From: a virus
Taxonomy: Duplodnaviria > Heunggongvirae > Uroviricota > Caudoviricetes
Reading direction: 5' to 3' (one strand)
IMG/VR virus record: IMGVR_UViG_3300010357_001332
Length of the DNA stretch: 64,000 nt
The notes under the pieces are model-generated. The model searched no databases, had not been told where the DNA came from, and was given only the letters and a program-made list of their open reading frames with translations. The position numbers and the translations under genes were made by a program. Position 1 is the stretch's first letter; the number at the start of each line of letters is the position of its first letter. Of this stretch, positions 8,721 to 16,642 are shown piece after piece.

Positions 8721-11048
8721 TTATTCTTTTGTATCTAAACCAGGTTGTTGTGTTTCTTCATTAGAAGTTTCTGTTGGGCCTAAATCGTTTTTTTCAGCCA
8801 GATTCCCAAACTCACCTGCGTGTTTAAGAAGATCATCTATACTTGTAAAAGAAGATATTCTAGTACCATCTATCATTGATACATCATTAGGATTCTGCTG
8901 TTCTTGAAGGGTAGATGTTACCGGTGGTTGATCTTGTTCGCTAACTTCATATGGTTGAAAAGGATGTGAAGTATTATCGTCCGCTTGCTTATTAACATTA
9001 GATCCTTTTTCTTCTTTAGAATGAAGTTTTCCTTCTTGATCATATACAGGATTAGATTTTGGTTTATTTTCTTCTTCACCATATTTTAAAAACTCATCTA
9101 GATTTTTAAATCTAGCATACATTCCTTTTGTTTGTACTTCGCTTACAATATTTAAATTCATACCATAAGGAATAAAATATTGTTGCAATTCGTCTAAAGT
9201 AGTAAATCCTTGTTGCATGTTGATTAGACTATTTAAAAGAACTTGAACTTCGTCATTAGATTGTGAAGGAATGGAATTATATACTCTAAATCTACCAAGA
9301 CCGACAGGTGCTGTTTTTAATAATCCCATCCAAATAACTGAAGGTTGTCCATTTGCATCCGGTCTTGTTATTTCTGCATTTAAGGATTGATCTCTATTGG
9401 GGTCTATTTCGATAGCATATTTATTTTTTAAAGAACTTTCACTTGTTCTTAAAAATTCTTTCGCTAGTTGAAATAATTCTTCTGTTAATTCAGAATATTC
9501 GCTTTCTTCAGGAATATCTTTAGAAGCATCTAATACTTCTATTATTGCAAATTCTTCTGGTTCTTCGCCACACATATCACAACAAGCAGCTTTTTGAAGA
9601 GCTTTAAGAAATTTAGCTTCTTTATCGCATAACTCGATGTCTAAAGCTTCTTTGCTAGTTTCGGGTAAGGTTTTTTCTTCTAGATCTTTTTCTTTAATAT
9701 ATTCTTCTGGAAGTTCTAGTTGATTAAAACTTTGATTATATAATCTATATTCTTCTTGGTTAATATTTGCAGATTTATCTAATTCTTTTGCTTGTCGTAT
9801 ATAAGCATTCATTATATTCACCTTTTGTCTTTTTATCCAGGTATCTACAGATTTTGCATAAATATCTTCATTTTCTTGTACTTCACCTGGATATTCTACT
9901 TTTGCAACACTATAAGGTATAATTTCTTTAAATTTACCAGTAGGTTTATTTTGTTCATCAAGTATTTCTACAATCATCCAAGGTACTTGAAATTTTTCTA
10001 ATTCATTATTATACATTTCTTTGGAAAGAGCATAGAAATCAAATTTGTTGGGACCTAATGCTTTTTCTATTTGATAAATCATTTTACTATTAATTACTTT
10101 ATTAGCTTCAACTTGAAAAGTATCAGGATCTAATTTCTTTTTAAGTTCTAATAATTGAGGTTTATTTTTTTCAATAATATCTTTTCGTAGTTGTTGCACA
10201 TCTACTTTGTAAAAATCTTGAAGAAGTTCATTATCTATTTGTTTTTTTAGATCTTTCTTGTAAGCTTCAAAATCTTGTCTTTCTTTTTCTTCAAAAATTA
10301 CTTCTGGATTAAAATCAGAAACAAAGTATCTTACTATCGCTCTCTTAATAGCAGAAGATGGGGCATTTTGAATTAAAGCTGAACTTACTTCTTCGTATGC
10401 TTCTTGTGGAACTAAACCGTGCGATATTAAAAACTCTAGTACAGAAATTAGATTAGGTAACGATCCTGTATTAGTATTAATCATTTCTGCTTTAATATCT
10501 GTATCTTCAGTAATACCATAATTGATAGATAAATAATCTGCTATATTTTTATTATATGTACCATTATGTTTAAGAACTTGTATTAAAGATTGTCCTGAAG
10601 TTACAAGATCAGATTTAACTTTATCATATGCTTCTGGTGCTATTAGATTTTCTGATACTAACTCTCCCACTATTAGCATAATATCGTCTAAAATAGATAT
10701 TTTAGTATTTATATCACCTTCTGCTTCTGTTTGTCTAGTAATACCAAAATATTTTTCAACAAAAGCTTCTACTTCTGGTGTAAGATAGCCTTTACTTTTT
10801 AATATTTGAAGAAGAGGTCTTGAAAATCTTTGAGTATAAGAAAAATCACCAATTAAATCTACAATATCACCTGCAACAATATCTTCTCCGTTTACATCTT
10901 GTACGGAAGTAATAGAATCATCTTCTTCAAAATATTTGTATTTACTTTCATCTTCGGGTGCTTGATCGTCTTTAACATAACCAGTATCTTCACCTGTTGG
11001 AAAGTAATTAAATTCGTAATCTAATGTTAATGCTATCTTAGTTTTCAT
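8721..11048 (-). CDS. Large acidic hypothetical protein with internal duplication, probable internal head protein
   Basis: 775 aa; duplicated helical units; two copies of the F[KT][NS][IL]D[ED][LF]LK[YH][AG] motif. Confidence 0.6.
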   Translation of the reverse strand: MKTKIALTLDYEFNYFPTGEDTGYVKDDQAPEDESKYKYFEEDDSITSVQDVNGEDIVAGDIVDLIGDFSYTQRFSRPLLQILKSKGYLTPEVEAFVEKYFGITRQTEAEGDINTKISILDDIMLIVGELVSENLIAPEAYDKVKSDLVTSGQSLIQVLKHNGTYNKNIADYLSINYGITEDTDIKAEMINTNTGSLPNLISVLEFLISHGLVPQEAYEEVSSALIQNAPSSAIKRAIVRYFVSDFNPEVIFEEKERQDFEAYKKDLKKQIDNELLQDFYKVDVQQLRKDIIEKNKPQLLELKKKLDPDTFQVEANKVINSKMIYQIEKALGPNKFDFYALSKEMYNNELEKFQVPWMIVEILDEQNKPTGKFKEIIPYSVAKVEYPGEVQENEDIYAKSVDTWIKRQKVNIMNAYIRQAKELDKSANINQEEYRLYNQSFNQLELPEEYIKEKDLEEKTLPETSKEALDIELCDKEAKFLKALQKAACCDMCGEEPEEFAIIEVLDASKDIPEESEYSELTEELFQLAKEFLRTSESSLKNKYAIEIDPNRDQSLNAEITRPDANGQPSVIWMGLLKTAPVGLGRFRVYNSIPSQSNDEVQVLLNSLINMQQGFTTLDELQQYFIPYGMNLNIVSEVQTKGMYARFKNLDEFLKYGEEENKPKSNPVYDQEGKLHSKEEKGSNVNKQADDNTSHPFQPYEVSEQDQPPVTSTLQEQQNPNDVSMIDGTRISSFTSIDDLLKHAGEFGNLAEKNDLGPTETSNEETQQPGLDTKE

Positions 11049-11051
11049 GCT

Positions 11052-11387
11052 TTAGCCTCTAGACTTTACTTGCTTTTTGATAACTATGGAATTTGAGTGT
11101 TGATTATACATTTCATCAGAAACTGCTTTACTGGTTTTTAATACCACATCAACAGTATGATCATGATTAAGCATGCATTTTTCCGCAATATGAATTTGCA
11201 TTTGCGGATATTTATCTTGATAAACTTTTGCAGCAGCATCTTGAAAGGGTGTGTCTAAAAGAAGACCTTTTTTTCCAATACCTTTAAATGATGTTCGTAT
11301 ATATCTATCTAGATTTAGATCTATTAGATCTTGAAAAGAGAACTTTACTAAACCTCTTTTAGAATTTATTTGAATAATTTCTGGCAT
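11052..11387 (-). CDS. Hypothetical protein
   Basis: 111 aa, GAGG RBS. Confidence 0.6.
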   Translation of the reverse strand: MPEIIQINSKRGLVKFSFQDLIDLNLDRYIRTSFKGIGKKGLLLDTPFQDAAAKVYQDKYPQMQIHIAEKCMLNHDHTVDVVLKTSKAVSDEMYNQHSNSIVIKKQVKSRG

Positions 11388-11488
11388 GATAATGCACCTC
11401 AGTTATAAGTATTTACTGAATATAATTTCTAAAGAAAAATTAAAAATATGAAGGTAGTTTTTAAGGTAATATCTAAAACAACAAAAAG

Positions 11489-13096
11489 TTATATAAAGTT
11501 GTAGAATATTACATTACTTTTTGAAGTTTGTAGTCTAAATTCTTTAAAATTATCTAAAGAATTCCTGTACTTACATTTGCAGGATTTGAAAAAATTAAAT
11601 GCTTTTTGCCAAGTTAAATCTTCAATTGCTAAATTTAAAATGTTTTTTGAATTACTTCCAGTCATATCTTGAACATCTCTCATTTGATTTTTAATCAAAT
11701 TACTCATAGTGTCAAGATCCTTGAAAGTTAATTCTGGAAAAAATTTACCTTTTTCAAACTTGTAAATTCCTCTTCTACAAATTTCCAAAGAGGCACTTAC
11801 AGGATCGAAAAAAGTATGTTGAATATTACCAATAAAGCTTGAATATGCAGGCATTACTTCTATTTTGTGAATTCCTAGTGAATTACAATATTTATTTATT
11901 AAACTAGTTGTTAATGTTCTGTGCCAAATATTTTTTATCTTTCTATTAAATTCTCTATTTTCTTGATTTATAGTTTTTTCGTTAAATTGTAATTCTTCAC
12001 AAACAAAATAAGCTACTTTATAGTGAATTGCTTTTTTAAATAAATCTTTCCAAACAATAGAAATTTCATATTTTCTTTTATTATTTTGATACTTTTGTTT
12101 TTCGTCTTCAGAAGATATTTTTAACTTTACAGAAAGTTTAGATAGATCATAACATCCCTTATTTATAATTTTAGTTGTATCTTTTAATTTATCACAGATA
12201 CACCAACCAATATATTGTGGATTTAAATCAACTGCAAGATATCTATTTCTTTTTTTATTCTTTAATTTTCTTTCTTTCTGTTCTTGATAAAATTCTTTTG
12301 TTATTTGTTTTCTTACTTCTTTATTTTCTTTTGGAATCTTGCTAAGTTCTCTTAACCAAGAATTTTTATTAAAAGCAAATCCATTTAACAACTCTTCATC
12401 AAAAGTTAACCAAATAAATTCAGTTGAAATTCTAACAGATATAGGAATTTTATTTTGATTTATTAAATACTGAAGTTTTGTTAATTCAGTTTTTTGTTTC
12501 TTAGAACATTTAAATTCGATCCAACACTTTTCTGCTAGTGTTGGTTTAAAAAGAATTTTTTGATTTTCAAGATCAAAATCTACCTTTTCATTCCCTGAAT
12601 GATATGCTGCTCCATGTAGATAAATTGATCGTATTCGATTTTTCTTATATTCTTCTTTAAGTAGATATATATCTTCTTTATTATTAGATTTTGTATCATT
12701 CGATAGAACTGATATTCTTTGAAGAAGAGTTTTTCCACCTAAAACTATATCTTTTGAAAGGGAGTTTTCTAATTCTTGAAGTTTTTTAGTTAGTTTAAAT
12801 TTTCTAGTTTTATTTGTACAGTTGTTTAGTTCTTCTTTAATATTTTCTTGTTTTTCTATATTTTGATTTTTAAAAGTAATAACTTGTTTAACTTTAGTTT
12901 CTATTTCTTCATTTAAACTAGAATAAATATAATCATTGATTTTAAACTTTTTCTTTATTTTATTTTTGAAATCTTTGTTAGTTAAAAGTTTATAATTTTT
13001 AAACATTTTTCTATAAGCATAGGAATATCTATTTTGATATTCTTTTATCAAATCTATATTATCTGTTTTATGTATTTTTAATTTATAAGTTATCAT
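11489..13096 (-). CDS. tnpB: TnpB-like (IS200/IS605 family) RuvC nuclease, solo, 535 aa
   Basis: RuvC-I YLAVDLNPQYIG, RuvC-II FVCEELQF, RuvC-III region VMPAYSSFIGN...DPVSASLEICRRG; no tnpA adjacent. Confidence 0.75.
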   Translation of the reverse strand: MITYKLKIHKTDNIDLIKEYQNRYSYAYRKMFKNYKLLTNKDFKNKIKKKFKINDYIYSSLNEEIETKVKQVITFKNQNIEKQENIKEELNNCTNKTRKFKLTKKLQELENSLSKDIVLGGKTLLQRISVLSNDTKSNNKEDIYLLKEEYKKNRIRSIYLHGAAYHSGNEKVDFDLENQKILFKPTLAEKCWIEFKCSKKQKTELTKLQYLINQNKIPISVRISTEFIWLTFDEELLNGFAFNKNSWLRELSKIPKENKEVRKQITKEFYQEQKERKLKNKKRNRYLAVDLNPQYIGWCICDKLKDTTKIINKGCYDLSKLSVKLKISSEDEKQKYQNNKRKYEISIVWKDLFKKAIHYKVAYFVCEELQFNEKTINQENREFNRKIKNIWHRTLTTSLINKYCNSLGIHKIEVMPAYSSFIGNIQHTFFDPVSASLEICRRGIYKFEKGKFFPELTFKDLDTMSNLIKNQMRDVQDMTGSNSKNILNLAIEDLTWQKAFNFFKSCKCKYRNSLDNFKEFRLQTSKSNVIFYNFI

Positions 13097-13135
13097 AAGT
13101 TTTATTTAGGAAATAATAATTCTTAAATAAAACTT
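13097..13135. promoter_or_regulatory. Inverted repeat immediately upstream of tnpB start
   Basis: AAGTTTTATTTA (13097-13108) pairs with TAAATAAAACTT (13124-13135); stem extends to 16 bp with one G-T; 7-nt loop. Confidence 0.5.
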
Positions 13136-13183
13136 TTAATATAGTTTTTACAGATTTTGTAAAATTTTAGATTGTTTAGATTA

Positions 13184-13846
13184 TTATGAGGGTATAATTA
13201 GCTGTTTAGAGGTATCACCTGAATCTATCCATTGTATTATTCTAGGTATTTTAGATCTAATTTCAAAGAAATTACACCAATCTTGTAATCTAAGTAATCT
13301 TCTCTTCACATCATTTATACTTTCTTGCGTAGGAGGAGTCATTCTGCATAAAGCACCTTTAGTGCCGTCTAGCTTTATCATTTTCCAATATCTACCACGT
13401 AATCTATTAGTAAGATGTGAAGGTTTAGTTATATCTTTAGGAAGCATAAATCTAATTAATTCAAAATCACATGAGAAACTATGAAAATTATGAATTGTAC
13501 ATCTTCCATTAGTTTTATCTAATTGTTCGCATCTATCTGAATATTTAACAGTTCTTTTAACAGCTTTAAGGGTATATGTTTTATTATTAAAATCTACTGG
13601 TTTATCTATTACTTCAATACTGGGAGGTGTTTGTTCTGAAGGTAGATAATCTATAGAAACAAATCTACAACATGCTCCGCAGTTTTCTGGGCAAGTAAAA
13701 CCGCGCAAAAGACCAGGAGAAACAGTAAGCGTAATAGGATGATATTCTTGTCCCTGATATACAAATGGAACTTCAGTTACAGAACTGAAAAATTGAGTTA
13801 TTATTCTAGGTATTGAGTCATTTTCTTTTGAATAATTTGAATTCAT
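13184..13846 (-). CDS. YkgJ-like cysteine-cluster (Fe-S/Zn) protein
   Basis: CPENCGACC...CEQLDKTNGRCTIH...CDF cysteine pattern. Confidence 0.6.
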   Translation of the reverse strand: MNSNYSKENDSIPRIITQFFSSVTEVPFVYQGQEYHPITLTVSPGLLRGFTCPENCGACCRFVSIDYLPSEQTPPSIEVIDKPVDFNNKTYTLKAVKRTVKYSDRCEQLDKTNGRCTIHNFHSFSCDFELIRFMLPKDITKPSHLTNRLRGRYWKMIKLDGTKGALCRMTPPTQESINDVKRRLLRLQDWCNFFEIRSKIPRIIQWIDSGDTSKQLIIPS

Positions 13847-13887
13847 TTCTTTTCCTTTAGTAAATAAATATATTATAGTAATATCAT

Positions 13888-13908
13888 CCTGCTTATAAAA
13901 TAAGCAGG
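13888..13908. promoter_or_regulatory. Perfect 9-bp inverted repeat in AT-rich tract
   Basis: CCTGCTTAT-AAA-ATAAGCAGG. Confidence 0.5.
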
Positions 13909-13959
13909 TACTATATTTTACTCTATATTTATATTCTCTATATATTCTCTATTATATAG

Positions 13960-14047
13960 AACCAAGGCGTTTGCCTTGTTTAACCAAGGCGGGCACGCTG
14001 TTTAACCAAGGCGTTTGCCTTGTTTAACCAAGGCGTTTGCCTTGTTT
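13960..14047. repeat. Four tandem 22-bp dyad-symmetric repeats (candidate replication-origin iterons)
   Basis: AACCAAGGCGTTTGCCTTGTTT x3 plus variant AACCAAGGCGGGCACGCTGTTT (unit 2); no spacers; GC-rich island next to an AT-rich tract. Confidence 0.8.
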
Positions 14048-14702
14048 ACATTGATTGTTCTTTATGATAAATAGATATAAGTTTATCATTCTTTTTTCTT
14101 TTTAATGTTAATTCTAAAGATTTTTTACGATCTTCTTCTATATCCTTTTCTTTCTGTAATTCTTGTAATTTTTTAGCTACTACTTCCTCTTTAATACATC
14201 TTTCTTTATCTAAACTCGATATGTATTCATCTTTAAATAACGATGGAAATAAATCTATATATACTTCTTCTAAAGGAAAATTAATAGTTAATAAACTTCC
14301 TATAATTCTTTTAATATTTACTCTATATTCATAAGTATTTTTACTTTGTGCAGAATACTGTTTAGATTTTCTTCTTTTAATATATCCTAAATAAGTTAGT
14401 TCTGTTAATTCTTTACGTATTGTTGCTTCATCAGACTTTAGCATAGTTTCTTGTTTAAATATATTACCTGATTTATGTATCCAGCAACATTCTTTGATTT
14501 CTTTATCAGTAAATTCCTCTTCAAGATATTCTTGTATTTCTTTTTCTTTAAATCCTCTATCTGTCCAATATAATAAATGATTTAACAAAATTGCTTTATT
14601 ATTAGACCCACTAATATCTATTAACTCTTTTCGTATAACGGTTACTGGCCATTTTTTAAAATGATTTTGTTGTAATTTTTTTGTTTTTTTCTTATCCTGC
14701 AT
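14046..14702 (-). CDS. Winged-helix protein resembling the N-terminal domain of phage replication initiators
   Basis: KAILLNHLLYW...WIHKS...TIRKELTELTYLGYIKRRK...YEYRVN pattern; stop codon overlaps the repeats. Confidence 0.55.
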   Translation of the reverse strand: MQDKKKTKKLQQNHFKKWPVTVIRKELIDISGSNNKAILLNHLLYWTDRGFKEKEIQEYLEEEFTDKEIKECCWIHKSGNIFKQETMLKSDEATIRKELTELTYLGYIKRRKSKQYSAQSKNTYEYRVNIKRIIGSLLTINFPLEEVYIDLFPSLFKDEYISSLDKERCIKEEVVAKKLQELQKEKDIEEDRKKSLELTLKRKKNDKLISIYHKEQSM

Positions 14703-14782
14703 ATACTCTCTCTTTTTATTATATGTATAGTATAAATATAAATATATAGAAAAACTATAAAATTCTATATATATTATACCAT

Positions 14783-15289
14783 ATGAAAACTATTACTACT
14801 GAATTTAAAGAATTATGTATTTCTAAGCTAGGTCAAAATAATGGAGAAAGAGTATACTTTTTTTATATGAAATTATCTAAAAAAAGTTATTCTACTGAAA
14901 AAGGTTTAAATTTAACTACAAGAAGATCTAAAAGCTTAAATTATTTATTAGATAATTATGGAGAAGAAGCTCTTTTAAAAACGATCGATATTTTTGAAAA
15001 GAAAATAGAGTCTGGTTCTGCTACGGTTTTAACTATACCTTATTTTAATAAATGTGTTGAAAATTACAAACCAGAGATTTCTGTTCAATCTAATCCTTTA
15101 TTTAATTCACAAGGATCACAAGAACAAATTTATCCTATAAAACTTAAACAACTATATGATAATCCAATTGAAGCATTAAAATGGTTATATAAATGCTCAG
15201 GATGTAATACAGAATTTGATGGATTTAATGAAACATGCCCTAGTTGTAAGAAACTAATTAATTGGAAACTGGTTATTAACAATGTTTAA
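14783..15289 (+). CDS. Hypothetical protein with DnaD-C-like helical segment and C-terminal zinc ribbon
   Basis: LLDNYGEEALLKTID...TIPYFNKCVENY; CSGC...CPSC. Confidence 0.5.
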   Translation: MKTITTEFKELCISKLGQNNGERVYFFYMKLSKKSYSTEKGLNLTTRRSKSLNYLLDNYGEEALLKTIDIFEKKIESGSATVLTIPYFNKCVENYKPEISVQSNPLFNSQGSQEQIYPIKLKQLYDNPIEALKWLYKCSGCNTEFDGFNETCPSCKKLINWKLVINNV

Positions 15290-15527
15290 AATCATCTCTA
15301 AAAGACAATATGAATTATATTCTAAGCTAGAACAAAGCATTGATTTACTCTTGCAACAACCACCAGATCCTTTACTTGCAGAAGATATGGATGAAGAACC
15401 TATTTCTACATCCCAACGAATAGATTTACTAAAAATTTTTTATAAGAGATTAACTCTTGGAATTTATGGAAGTTCTTTGAAAAATAAGTTATTTAATTCT
15501 TCTCCAAAATCTAAGGATATTAAATGA
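15282..15527 (+). CDS. Hypothetical protein
   Basis: 81 aa; overlaps both neighbours (translational coupling). Confidence 0.55.
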   Translation: MFKIISKRQYELYSKLEQSIDLLLQQPPDPLLAEDMDEEPISTSQRIDLLKIFYKRLTLGIYGSSLKNKLFNSSPKSKDIK

Positions 15528-16642
15528 TTTTATTCTTTGCAGATCTACATTTAGGTATTAAAACTTACTCTTCTTATGATAATAAAGGACTAACTACCGC
15601 TGAATACGAAGCTAGAAAAGTCTTAGAAGCAATTTATTCTAGATCACAAGCTTCTGATATTACATCAATTATTTGTGGTGGTGATTTCTTTCATACTAAC
15701 CAACCTAGTTCAGAAAATATAAGTTTTGCTATTTCTTGGTTTCTTAAAATGGATAAGTTAAATAAACCATTTTATATTATACCTGGAAATCACGATGCAG
15801 CACTATATTCTAATAGCTTAATATTCTTAAATTCTTTGAATACTAAAAATATTAAACTTATTCTTCAACCTACAGAGTATAAATGGAATGAATGGAATCT
15901 TAATTTTATTCCATATATTTATTCTGATACTATGAAGAGTAAAGAAAAAGAATTTGAATCTAATATTTTACAAGCTATATCTTCTGCAGATACTAAAACT
16001 ATTATAATATCTCACATTCAAGAATGTACTGCAAAAATAGGAACTGAATCTATAATGATATCAAAAGGTGTAGATATTATTGACATAAATAATATTCATT
16101 ATTCTAAAGATTTATATTTACTTTCTGGTCACATGCACAAACAGCAATCATATAAAAAAGGACATATGACAGTTGCTTATCCAGGAAGTTGTTTTTACCA
16201 AGACATAACAGATTGTAATATATTAAAAGGATTTTTATTATTTAATGCACAAGGTAATATTTCTTTTGAAGAAATATCTTCTATTAGAAAGTTTATTTCT
16301 ATTTATATTCCTAAAGATATGGATTATGAAAGAATTATTGAAATGCGAAGATTACAAAATAATTCTGTAATTTTTCTTTCTTTAGAACAAGAAAAAGATA
16401 TAAATACAGAAGACCATATTAAACAATTATTATCTATTAAGAATTGCTTACTTGGTAATATAAAGTGGAATCAAAGTGCTTCTTCAGATGAAATTATATC
16501 TTCTTTTTTAACAAATTGTGATCCCTATCTACTGCTAAAAGAAGATATTGATAGTAAAGAAGATTTATCTATGGATATAAAGAAAGATTTAATTAATAAA
16601 GGTTTTTCTTATCTAGATTTAATTACTGGTAATACACGTTGA
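15524..16642 (+). CDS. sbcD: SbcD/Mre11-family nuclease
   Basis: ADLHLG, GDFFH, PGNHD, GHMH motifs; adjacent to SbcC. Confidence 0.9.
   Translation: MILFFADLHLGIKTYSSYDNKGLTTAEYEARKVLEAIYSRSQASDITSIICGGDFFHTNQPSSENISFAISWFLKMDKLNKPFYIIPGNHDAALYSNSLIFLNSLNTKNIKLILQPTEYKWNEWNLNFIPYIYSDTMKSKEKEFESNILQAISSADTKTIIISHIQECTAKIGTESIMISKGVDIIDINNIHYSKDLYLLSGHMHKQQSYKKGHMTVAYPGSCFYQDITDCNILKGFLLFNAQGNISFEEISSIRKFISIYIPKDMDYERIIEMRRLQNNSVIFLSLEQEKDINTEDHIKQLLSIKNCLLGNIKWNQSASSDEIISSFLTNCDPYLLLKEDIDSKEDLSMDIKKDLINKGFSYLDLITGNTR

Noticed and set aside
13960-14047. 22-bp palindromic repeats as a CRISPR array for the nearby TnpB/Cas12f-like gene
   Set aside because: Units are directly adjacent with no spacers, and they lie ~860 bp from tnpB beyond an unrelated gene; they fit iterons better
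13960-14702. Read-through or frameshift of the wHTH gene into the repeats
   Set aside because: The 22-nt period puts the junction TAA in every frame within two units
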